Source: Octopus vulgaris
Taxonomy: Eukaryota
Assembly (NCBI GenBank): GCA_951406725.2
Contig: OX597820.1
Span: 121,272,001 to 121,336,000 of the forward strand
Reading direction: 5' to 3'
DNA: 64,000 nt
The notes under the pieces are model-generated. The model was not told the DNA's origin. It saw only the letters and a program-made list of their open reading frames with translations, and ran no database searches. The position numbers and the translations under genes are program-made. Below, in pieces: positions 28,191-41,465 of the stretch; the first letter of the stretch is position 1; each line of letters opens with the position of its first letter.

Positions 28191-28740
28191 AGACTGCATT
28201 GATGTTGAGACATCTTGCACATGTCTCAGTAGGAAGACAGCCAAATCAATAGAAATTCATAAAGTCGATGCTAATGTTATAAATATGCGGTACCAGAGAC
28301 CCAAAACCAGCACTTATGTGAGAAGAACCCGAAAACATCAAAGACCATAACCAAACTACAAACAGTTGAAGTATTTTCGGTGAACAGTTACCGATTCCAC
28401 CACTCAGCGCCTACTTCACGTGAGATGTGTGAAGTACGCCAACAAATTATTTCTTACTATTTGAGCTGTTCTCAACCATCTTTCTGGACTGCCTTTGATT
28501 CCCATTGTACCCAGTTAGAGCCTCCTAGCCATTCGGCGTATAAAAACTTCTGTCATATTTTTTATAATTATTTTAGGAATTGTATTAAAAACACTTAAAA
28601 TTTATAAATTGCAGAAGTATTCCCAGCATATTGCACTTGAATATTAGCAACAGAATCTTATGTGGACCCCAAGGATGAACTGGATCCCATTTGAGAGCTA
28701 CTAACATAATATATAGTTTAGGGAATCCAGACTCACCATT

Positions 28741-29044
28741 GTGGAGGCACATGGCCTAGTGGTTAGAGCAGCGGACTCGCGGGTTCGAATCTCAGACCGG
28801 ACGATGTGTGTGTTTATGAGCGAAAACACTTAAGCTCCACGCGGCTCCGGTAGAATGTAAAGACGAAACTTCTGCTGACTGTTTCGCCACAACTTTCTCT
28901 CATTCTTTCCTCCTGCATCTTGCAGCTCATCTGCGACGGACCGGCGTCCCGTCCAGGTGGGGAATCTATGCGCCAAGAAACCGGGAAACCGGCCCATATG
29001 AGCCAGGCAAGGCTCGAGAAGGAACAAACAAACAAAAAGAACAA
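28741..29044 (+). mobile_element. tRNA-derived SINE, family C (Meta-domain-like), with 13-bp TSD
   Basis: A box TGGCCTAGTGG, B box GGTTCGAATCT, CTGCGACGGACCGGCGTCCCGTCCAGG domain, (AAC)-rich tail; TSD CAGAC(T/A)CACCATT at 28728-28740 and 29045-29057. Confidence 0.85.
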
Positions 29045-29845
29045 CAGACACACCATTACTAGCAAGCTGTCTTGGTGATTTCGTTATCGTTCTAGTAGTT
29101 GGGGAAACTGTTGCGATTACTGTTGCAAGTGATTATGATCAGATTCAGTATGACTAGAAAACCCATCGAACAGTGAATATCAATTTATGATCGAAATGAA
29201 TCACTTGGTTCAATATATTAACAGATTATCCGTTTCGCTTAAGTCGTACTGAATCCGTCTTCCACTCTTCCTAGAGTAGAATTCTGTATGTGTCTCAATG
29301 TGTGTGTGTGTGTAAACGGAAAAAGCAAGAATCACGATATATATGATTCATTTATATAAAAAAAAATATTATAAAATATCTGTATTTAACCGTTTACCAT
29401 TATGTGCGTTCTTCTGTGTGCATGAGTGCGAGGTACATAGATATTAGACAAAATTCGGTTAATCTGGCGTATTTGCTATTCTTTATGCAAAATGGAAATT
29501 GATAGCTTCAAGCAAACTAGTGCAATAATATTTAATAAATGCTTGTTAAAACGAAAAATAAAAAATCTCAGAAAAAGTTGGTTACAGCATACTCTGAGTT
29601 TGGGCTTTCAGCTTTTCCGAATAGAGATTATGAACATGGATATACTCTTTTTACTCTTTTACTTGTTTCAGTCATTTGACTGCGGCCATACTGGAGCACC
29701 GCCTTTAGTCGAGCAAATCGACCCCGGGACTTATTCTTTGTAAGCCCAGTACTTATTCTATCGGTCTCTTTTGCCGAACCGCTAAGTGACGGGGACGTAA
29801 ACACACCGGCATCGGTTGTCAAGCAATGCTAGAGGGACAAACACA

Positions 29846-29933
<88 letters not shown>

Positions 29934-30029
29934 CATAAGTAAGGAAAAAATTTTAAAAAAATGCAGAATGCTCAAATGAAAGAAAATTTTAATAAAATGA
30001 GAAATTGATAAAATATATAAATATATATT

Positions 30030-30070
30030 TATTCAACCGGTTTTCGTCATTGTATGACTTGTCAAGAATA
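30030..30070 (-). ncRNA. Hammerhead-like motif with U3-A8 core variant
   Basis: Minus: UAUUC-UUGACAA-GUCAU-ACA-AUGAC-GAAAA-CCGG-UU-GAAUA; perfect 5-bp stems I and II, palindromic stem III. Confidence 0.7.
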
Positions 30071-30704
30071 TTTATGTTTTAAAAAGTTTTTTTAAAAATT
30101 AGAAAGGGGAAAAAAGAAAATTGCATTGTTTTTTGCAAAAGAATAATGATAAAAATGTACAAAAATTAAAAAATAAGTTCTCCGATACATTGTGAGTTCG
30201 TTGTGTATCTTGAGTTTTATGATTGTTCACGAAAAAATTACCTTCAGGTATTAAGATCCAAAGGGATTAAGAGCATGTGTTGTGTGGTTTAATTCAGCAT
30301 GTTGGCAGGACAGGAAGTAGTAGTAATTGTGGTTCTTCAGTTCCTGTGTTGTGAGTAAGGGGAGACAACTCTTTTGAGTTCTTCAATAAGGGCTGTTGGT
30401 AAAACCCAAATTATAGACTTATCATTTTAGCTTCATTTGCGTTATCTTTTTTATATAATTGCTTGTTAACTTAACTTTCAGATTTTAACACTTTATTTAT
30501 ATTATTTTCTAATTATATAAATCTGCATAGACAATTGCATTTCAAATTGTCATATCATTTATAATAAAAATGATAGTAATAACAACAATAGTAAAAATGA
30601 TATTTAAAGAATATAAGTTTTAGCTTGAAGTGATGAATGCATGGTATCTTTATATATTTGTGTTAGTCCATCCATATAGAGAGAGGTAGAAAAAGGAAGT
30701 TTGA

Positions 30705-31094
30705 TCAACGAGGAGTTTGCATATTAAGTTGTGTTTGGAATTTTTCAATAAAGAGATTCTCCTTGTTAATTCTCTCCTGTGTGGTGATCCCGTCTTTACA
30801 TTGGTAGAAGGGGAATATATAGAATTTGGGGTTTAAGACTTTAGCACATGAGTCTAAGTGGTCACTCAGTGGAATTTGTCGGTATTCCGGGAGATTTATT
30901 TGTTCTTTATGCACCGTTACTCGTTTACGTAACGGGAGACTCGTTTGTCCAACATAATTATGTTGGCAACCAGCGCATGTGAGAACGTAGATAAGGTTCT
31001 CGGAGGAACAGGAGAAGTTAGTCTTGATTTTAAACTTCGTACCTTGTTTGAAGGTAAATTCAGAGCCTTCAAGTAGAGAGGGGCAGGTACCACA
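30705..31094 (-). pseudogene. Penelope-like GIY-YIG endonuclease domain (uninterrupted frame, no own start codon)
   Basis: CGTCP..FSCSSENLIYVLTCAGCQHNYVGQT..LRKRVTVH..PLSDHL..RINKENLFIEKFQTQLN; LIY/YVG motif with CxxC between, typical of PLEs. Confidence 0.9.
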
Positions 31095-31104
31095 GTATAT
31101 ATAC

Positions 31105-31171
<67 letters not shown>

Positions 31172-31624
31172 CATATATACGACAGGCTTCTTTCAGTTTC
31201 CGTCTACCAAATCCACTCACAAGGCATTGGTCGGCCCGGAGCTATAGTAGAAGACACTTGCTAAGGTGCCACGCAGTGGGACTGAACCCGGAACCATGTG
31301 GTTGGTTAGCAAGCTACTTACCACACAGCCACTCCTGCGCCTATATATAGTGACAAAATTTTAGTGGAAAAATAATCGACGATTGGAAACACTAGCCTTG
31401 TTAACCTTGGAGTTGTAATGAATAAAGTCGGCCACAGCGTGAAGGAGATTTGAAGTCTATGAAAAACTTATTAAATAGCTTCAGTTATTATTAAATTCCT
31501 TAATCTGAAATTCTATATTCCCACGGCATTGAAGGAATAAATTTCGATTATATTATCACAGGCACGAATTAAATAGGGAACGAGACATCAGATTTGTCAT
31601 TTAGGAAAAGGGAAAAACATAACA

Positions 31625-33300
<1,676 letters not shown>

Positions 33301-34125
33301 CAAAACTACTAAATGTAAACATCTATTAAACTTATTATTCTTTCTTAATGCATCTGCTTCAATATGCACACCCTAAGTTCTATGTATATACGCACACTGG
33401 CATATATACACGTATACGCCTGTGTATTGGCATTTAAGTTTGTGAGTGTGTATGCATGTGCAGTCTGTACGTATGGACGCCTTAATCCTGCGTCTGTGCC
33501 TATATTTATGTGCGCAGAAGCCTCTCTGTGAACGAGCGATGTTATCTGACTCGGGTGTATCCTGATACATCTCTCGCATTTCACCAACAATAAATTTATA
33601 AATTCTTGACCTGCCAAGCCTTGCATTTACAGCAGTTTAATCTATCAAACGTAAAAGACTACATTTTCAGACGTACAATTGGGTGTACTTAACTCTAACC
33701 ATAAATAAACAAACAAATACATACTTAGGCACTAAATAAATGAAAACAAGATGTCTGAATCTGCATTTATTTAAAATGTGTTTCTACTTTCTTTCAGACT
33801 TGTATCAGTATATTTTTCACTTTGCAAAATTTAAGACGGTCAATATCAAAGCGACATGGTTTGTTGAAATCAAGAAAGCTTTTGCGCTTTCTGGGTAGTA
33901 TATTTGGTCGATGTGTACATATATGTGAATGTGTGTGTCTGTGTGTGTGTAAATGAACATATATCGTATGTGTGTGTGTGTGCTTCATTGCTTTGTATGT
34001 GAATATTTGTACAAAGTTAAGCGTCGTTTTATAATCTTTGCAGTCAGCAAGTTTCTGTGTCGCCATTTCGTTTCCTTAAGTAAAAATTTTGTTAATGAAG
34101 AGCTTGTCGGCACAGATCTAAACAT

Positions 34126-34187
<62 letters not shown>

Positions 34188-34220
34188 GTCTCTGCCTCTG
34201 TCTCTGTCTCTCTCTCTCTC

Positions 34221-34293
<73 letters not shown>

Positions 34294-34766
34294 GTCTGCT
34301 AATTAGTCGCCATATTACATTGAAACACGCTTATCCTCCCGTACATTTGTCTACCAGCATCTGGTTTTATGCAACTAACGTTTTTACGAAAAAAATGTCA
34401 GCTTGTCTGCCAAATGAATTTCAACAGTCATTATTTTAAAACTAGTTGACGAGTGCTGCTCCATAGAATGCAACATTTCTGTACCAATGAGCAATTATTA
34501 GTTATCATTCAGAAGATTTCGCGTTTGATAGTTTTGCAACAACCGTCACCAGATATTCACGAGTTATATCAAATTCTTTGGAGAGACGTTGCGCAAATAC
34601 TCACTCCGAAATTTACTTAACCATACTCTATGATAATTCTGATATTTGTTTATATTCCAGGTCTTACCCTAAAACTATTCTTGAATATTTTGCGTTGGGG
34701 TTGCTAAGATCTTAATGTAATAACCTGTGAATTTAGTGCTAACTTGTTGTTCAGGGTTGAAAGTTC

Positions 34767-35184
34767 GGATCTTTTCGGTTTGAACGGCAGATTTTTCTAG
34801 CGGTGTCATATGAAATTGTCACCCATAATTATGACCCTAGTATCGATCTATTGCATTTCAATCTGTTTAAGGGTTAGGGTTAGGGGTGGGGGGAAGGGTA
34901 TCTTTTTTTCTTCACAAATGTAAATAAACCCAATCTGTTTCTTAAACGAGGGACATATTCATACGGCACCGAATGTTGTTTACCTCAATAGCCGTCAGTG
35001 ATTGGTTGAAATTGCAGAAATTGGAGAAAAAACAACAACAAATATCTGACAAACTATAGAATTTTCTCAATAAAGCCAAGAGAAAAAGATGTTTTCTAAA
35101 CACATTCTACCAGTATACGAAGTTTAAAATTTTTTAGTTACCTAGAAATTCTGTTAAAAACTGCCGTTCAAACCGAAAAGATCC
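34767..35184. mobile_element. Merlin-like MITE, copy 3
   Basis: Same TIRs; TSD GAAAGTTC at 34759-34766 and 35185-35192. Confidence 0.92.
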
Positions 35185-36774
35185 GAAAGTTCTCATAGTT
35201 TTTTGCGATGACCAAGTATTTTATTTTCCTCTCGTTGTTTCTCTTTTTACTTACCTCTCGTGCGTTTAGCTGGCGCGTTCTTAGTTTTTGTCCACAATTC
35301 ACCTAGACCTTAGGTACTATATCTGAAAGGGGCAGATAAAGCTTTGAAAAGTTTTCATTCACTTTACAAAAAATTAACGGTTTGCCTAATTATTCATAAT
35401 TTTCTCCCTAGAGATCCCCCCCGCCACATTTTTTCTGAACCGAGGTAATCCATCCTGTGTTAACATTGATCTCAGTTACTTTTATCTATCTATTCACAGA
35501 TGGTGACCAACGGATAGTATAGCATGGATTTTAAGGCCAAGCACTTGGAGTGGATGATCATCGCTCGAACTTGATATTCTTAACACTGAAACATACGAGC
35601 ACATTCGACTTTTTGTTGTACCTGGATTATGTTCATTTACAACACGTATGTATTATGATTGTGTGAATATGTGTGCTTGTAAGTATATAGTGAGGGAGCA
35701 TAATCACATGGTTACAGTATTGCGTGTCCTTGTGCCTTGGGTTACAATTCCGGACCGGCTAATCCGTTTTCTTCGCGAGCATAACACTGCATCTCAAGTC
35801 GCTCTGTGATCACTTTATGTGTGTATGTATGTATGTATGTATGTATGTATGTATGTATGTATGTATGTATGTATGTATGTATGCATGTATGTATGTATGT
35901 ATGTATGTATGTATGTATGTATGTATGTATGTATGTATGTATGTATGTATGTATGTATGTATGTATGTATGTATGTTTGTATGTATTTATGTATGTATGT
36001 ATGTATGTATGTCATTATTCAGTTTATTTCAAGGTTTCTTGCTAACAGAGAAAGAAACGGTTTCTAACCTGGATCAAATGTTCCTTCATTGGGATTTCAA
36101 CATCAGCAACAGGGTATTTTAGTTTGTTTGTTTGTTTGTATGTGCAGATTTGTATGTTTTATATATGTATTCTCATGCATATAGTTACATACCTAGACAT
36201 GCTCATATATATTTAAATGAATAACTTCTGGAAAGTTTTACAGATATTTTACAGTTCCAGTGATGGATTGGATCTGTAGCCTTCGAATTACCTTTATCCG
36301 TTTTAATCTTGAGAAGCCTAATTTCTCAAGATTGGTATTTAGGCAGTGTGTTACATATCCCCCACACTTACACACACACATACACACACTGACACACACA
36401 CACATACACACACTGACACACACACATACCCTCTCACACACATACTCACACACATGCACGCGTTGACACACACACACACTCACACACATTCACACACGCA
36501 CTCATACACATAATCACACACTCAAATACATACCCACACATACACGCAGTGACACACGCACTCACACACACTCATACACATATACACTCTCACACACGCA
36601 CACAAAGAGATACTCACACCAACACACGCAAACACACACACACACACTCACTCTGACACACGCACATACTCACACACATATACGCACTGATACACGCATA
36701 TACACTCTCACACATATACACACTCACACATATACACACACATAAATACACTCACACAGACTCTCCCACCAACC

Positions 36775-37116
36775 CCCACTCGACAACCGGTGTTGATCCC
36801 CATAACTTAGCAGTACGGCAAAGCAGGCCGATAGAATAAGGAGCAGGCTTAAACCCCGAAGAAACGGGATGGATTCATTCACTGAAAATTCTCCAAGGAG
36901 TTACCACAACATGACTGCAGAGTAATGACTGAAGCAAGTAAAAGATTAAAGATAAAAGATATATCATCATCATCATCATCATCATCTGACGTCCGTTTCC
37001 CATGCTGGCACGGGTTAGATGGTTTGACTGAAACTGGTAAGCTGGAGAACTGCATTAGAATGTCAGATTTGGTTTGTTTTCTACAGCTGGGTGCCTTTCC
37101 TCATGCCAACCACTCC
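36775..37116. mobile_element. Diverged SINE A 3' half (+, ~36775-36960) abutting the 3' end of another SINE-like family (-, ~36963-37116) at (CAT)n
   Basis: GACAACCGGTG..GATAGAATAAG..ATGACTGAAGCAAGTAAAAGA; then (CAT)n-ACGTCCGTTTCCCATGCTGGCACGGGTT..CTACAGCTGGGTGCCTTTCCT. Confidence 0.6.
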
Positions 37117-37145
37117 AAGTTATGTACTATATATATATATATAAA

Positions 37146-37195
<50 letters not shown>

Positions 37196-37242
37196 TATAT
37201 ACTATGTCTATATACTATATATCTATATACTATATATATATA

Positions 37243-37492
<250 letters not shown>

Positions 37493-37499
37493 CTATATA

Positions 37500-37536
<37 letters not shown>

Positions 37537-37598
37537 TATTTATATTTACGTATCGGTATATAAACATGCATATATGTATATGTAGATATATGCATGTG

Positions 37599-37635
<37 letters not shown>

Positions 37636-38279
37636 CGACATATACATACATACAGACATACACACACACACATATATATGTTGTGTACGTTTCCATAATA
37701 GTAAGATCAACAAAGAAAAGGACTCCAACTGGTGAGAGAGATATATTATTTAATTAAAACAATACATGTTTTTATGTGCTACTTTTAGTTTCATCTACTG
37801 AGAACATGACAAATTTTGTTTTATAACACGTCTGACAAATTAGCTTATCCTCTACTACAATAACACTCTACCGGGTTAATAACTGTATCATAAACCTATT
37901 TTCCAACCTTATAATTTACGGTGTAAGGGATATAACACTTTTCCACTTTTGCTTCTTTCTGGTTATTTTGCTACTTTCTGGCTTTCATCCCTCCCGATTT
38001 TGTATATACTTCCTTTTCTCGTCCATTTTTAGATCGATATGCTCAGTGGGCAGTGCCTGATGGCTGTGCCGATATGTCAGACGTGAATGAACAAAGTTTG
38101 GCATGTGCTCAGCACAGGAAACTAATAGTAACACATAAATACATACATAATGCTTATTAAATATGTATATATATAATCAATAATAACAAATGGTAAAATT
38201 AATTAATTATGTAGTAATCAATAATTTCAGCAAGTAGAATTCGGCATGAAAAAGGACCATATCACGGTAAATTTAAGTA

Positions 38280-38398
38280 ATACTTTATAATTAGGGTTCA
38301 GCAAAGATTTGTTTTACCACATACCGAAGTTTCTAAACTATTTCTAAACTTACGTATGTGGTAAAGCAAATCTCTGTTGAACCCTAATTATAAAGTAT
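38280..38398. repeat. 45-bp-arm inverted repeat (hairpin)
   Basis: 38280-38324 versus 38354-38398, three differences. Confidence 0.9.
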
Positions 38399-38931
38399 GC
38401 ACACACACACACACACACATACACACACACATATATATATATATTCGTATCCATAATACATATCAAACAATATTTCACATTACAATACATATTAAACAAT
38501 AATGTTTATATTGGGTTTTCTACTCAATCGTCGATAAATGTGTGCAGGCGTGCGTGTGTTTGTGTGTGTGCTTGTGTGTATCTGTGTGTGTGTGCTTGTG
38601 TGTATCTGTGCGTGTGTTTCTTCAGAGAAAGAACGACAGTAAGAAAGAAAGACTATAATGAATAAATAAATAAAAAAGAAACAAACAAACAAACAAAGAA
38701 GGAATTAAACATGTAGCTAGTCATATCTTTAAATATATAGACACACAGACAGACAGATGTTCCTGATAATATCTCTGTTGTACTTGGAAAATTCAGTCTC
38801 GTAGTTACTTAACTTTCGAACTATTGCCTTATATATTGATATCGATATCGATGAATTACAAATCAAGTTCTAAATACAACAGAGAATATGGATCACCATC
38901 GGCAGTTTCGGTTTGATAATCGGAAGATTGC

Positions 38932-39071
38932 TTTATTTACATTATTTAAATTTGTCGGATATCTTCTTTGTTGTTAACATAACGTTTCGGCCGATACACC
39001 CTCCAGACTTCATCAGGTGTTTTGGGGGAAATTTCGAACCTGGGTTCTCATTCCTAAGGTATTTTTCGATG

Positions 39072-39105
<34 letters not shown>

Positions 39106-39123
39106 CATTATTATTATTATTAC

Positions 39124-39213
<90 letters not shown>

Positions 39214-39306
39214 CATTATTATTATTCAGGTCACTCCCTGGAATGGAACTCGGAATCGTGGGGTTAGTAGCCAGCGTTCTTAACCCCTCCGCCATATGCC
39301 CGTGGG
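38932..39306 (-). mobile_element. tRNA-headed SINE-like element with internal (AAT)n and 3' hammerhead ribozyme
   Basis: Minus: head 39306-39227 (A-box-like TGGCGGAGGGG, loop CTACTAA, B-box-like GAGTTCCATTCC), (AAT)n ~39226-39072, spacer, HHR 39021-38976. Confidence 0.75.
38976..39021 (-). ncRNA. Minimal type-I hammerhead ribozyme motif (canonical core)
   Basis: AACAC-CUGAUGA-A-GUCUG-GAGGGUGUAU-CGGCC-GAAA-CGU-U-AUGUU; one mismatch each in stems I and II. Confidence 0.8.
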
Positions 39307-39394
39307 GTGGTGCTGGTGCTGCTGCTGCTGATGTTGCTGCTGATGATGACGATGATGACAATGACGATGACGATGAATTATGAATGCCTATACC

Positions 39395-39395
39395 A

Positions 39396-39471
<76 letters not shown>

Positions 39472-39618
39472 ATTCAGATCACTCCCTGGAATGGAACTCG
39501 GAATCGTGGGGTTAGTAGCCTGCGTTCTTAACCCCTCCGCCATATGCCCGTGGGGTGATGCTGGTGCTGCTGCTGCTGATGTTGCTGCTGCTGATGACGA
39601 TGACGATGAATTATGAAT
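39395..39618 (-). repeat. Local tandem duplicate of the tRNA-like head plus flank (head 39475-39554)
   Basis: Near-identical to 39227-39387, including the flanking (GCT)/(GAT) sequence ending GAATTATGAATG. Confidence 0.85.
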
Positions 39619-39736
39619 GATGAGGATGAGATGTTGATGATGAAGACGATGATGATGATGATGAGGAGGAGGAAGGCAATAACGACAACGACAACGATGC
39701 AAACCAGGGTGCCATTGAAAATAATGCTCCTGAATT

Positions 39737-39860
39737 TCGGGGTCGATAAATTAAGTACCAGTTACGCACTGGGGTCGATGTAATCGACTTAATACCTATG
39801 TCTGTCCTTGTTTGTCCCTTCTGTGTTTAGCCCCTTGTGGGTAATAAAGAAATAGGTATT
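39737..39860 (+). mobile_element. SINE family B, 3' part
   Basis: TTTCGGGGTCGATAAATTAAGTACCAGTTACGCACTGGGGTCGATG...AAAGAAATAGGTAT. Confidence 0.85.
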
Positions 39861-40271
39861 GTTAGGTGGATGCTGACAAGGCCGGTGACGGGTACAAAGG
39901 CAATGATGATGATCATAATTGAAGATCAAAATGATAATGAGAAATAACAAGATGCTGATGATAGTGGTGATGATGATGATGGTTTGGCCTTTGATCCTGT
40001 TAATCCGCTGGCTGGAATAACCTTGCTATTATTTTCTTTAAAAACATATATTATTAAGTTCAAATCTGACGGGTCATAGGAAACACATGTTTAAAAGAGA
40101 TTAGGATTAACACAATTCTTAATGTATAAATATGGAATTTGTGTGGAATATGTTTTTATTAGGTATAAGGTGGTATGGAGAAAAAGGGTATAGGTTCGAG
40201 CTGTAGTGTGTATCGATTTCAGGAGAGGTGTATTTGTACGAAAGTATATGTATTGATATATAGACATAAAT

Positions 40272-40361
<90 letters not shown>

Positions 40362-40390
40362 GATCTATTTATCTATCTATCTATCTATCG

Positions 40391-40438
<48 letters not shown>

Positions 40439-41147
40439 ATCCATCAAGCTACCTACCAACCAATCTGTTTGTCTGTCTATTTATTGATCTGTTTGTTTGT
40501 CTGTTTGTCTCTCTACCTAAGATGATACGGCTTAGTTTCGATTAAGTTGTTGTGTATTTTCATCCCGTTTATTTACCTTTTCGACATTATTTTAGTTTCT
40601 CATGCATTTTAAGACAATAACATATGAATAACTGGAGTTTTGTAGGGAGCAACAAAAGTTAAACTAGAAATTGCATACTAAGGACTCACTTCTCTGTTTT
40701 CCAGTTTTCCCTCTACTCGGAGTTAGAAATACTTCCACTTTTCGAAGTTAACTAATTTTGAAAAGATATGGATAGGTTGCCATGCTTTAAAAATTGCATG
40801 TTTTAAACTTGCGCTAAACACGAACGAATACAGAAGCAGTAAAAGAATGGAAACTGTATTTCGTTCTCTAACAGAGTGAAGGAAACTAAGTTTCACTTAT
40901 ATTTCTAGGTGTGGAGGCTAGTATTTATCAGTCTGTGGGCCGCTGAGCTTGACTGTTTGAAAGTGACATTTATTTGTTATGGTCTACGAGTTGTGTTAAC
41001 GACAATATTTATCAAACTTTTGGTTAATTTTTCCCTTAATGTCACAAATAATACAGTCTTACGTCTTACAGTCTTATGTCTTTCAGACATTAGACTCTTC
41101 TGCTGTACGGTTAGGTTTAGAGCTTCTATTGACATTTCTATTATATA

Positions 41148-41465
41148 GACGTGGCTGTGTGGTGAGAAGCTTGTTTTCCAACTACATGGTTCTGGGTTCA
41201 GTCCCACTGCATGAAAACTTGGGCCTCTTCTGCTATAGCCACGGATCGACTCAAGCCTCGTAAGTGAATTTGATAGACGGAAACTGAAAGAAGCCTCTGT
41301 ATATGTGTTGAAAACCGGTGTTGATTTGTTTACGTCTCTTGCCTTAGCGGTTTGATAAAATAAGTAACAGGCTTTATAAGAAATAAGTCGTGGGGTCGTT
41401 TCATTCGATTAAAAATCATTCAAGGCGGTGCCCCAGCATGGGCACATTCTACATTACTAAAACTA
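41148..41465 (+). mobile_element. SINE family A, diverged (other diverged halves at ~44545-44715 and ~47225-47385, minus)
   Basis: GTGGCTGTGTGGTGAGAAGC..GGTTCAGTCCCACTG..GACGGAAACTGAAAGAAGCC. Confidence 0.8.

Larger units (their letters stand above)
29936..31100 (-). mobile_element. 5'-truncated Penelope-like element (GIY-YIG domain + AT-rich 3' region with hammerhead)
   Basis: (TA)n on both sides; see CDS and HHR entries. Confidence 0.85.
29643..31341 (-). mobile_element. SINE family A split in two (3' half 29643-~29935; 5' half ~31170-31341) by a Penelope-like insertion
   Basis: The two halves are collinear and join at the internal microsatellite. Confidence 0.88.

Noticed and set aside
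39227-39306. Functional tRNA gene
   Set aside because: Acceptor and anticodon stems do not pair properly, B box is altered, and it runs into (AAT)n; treated as a SINE head
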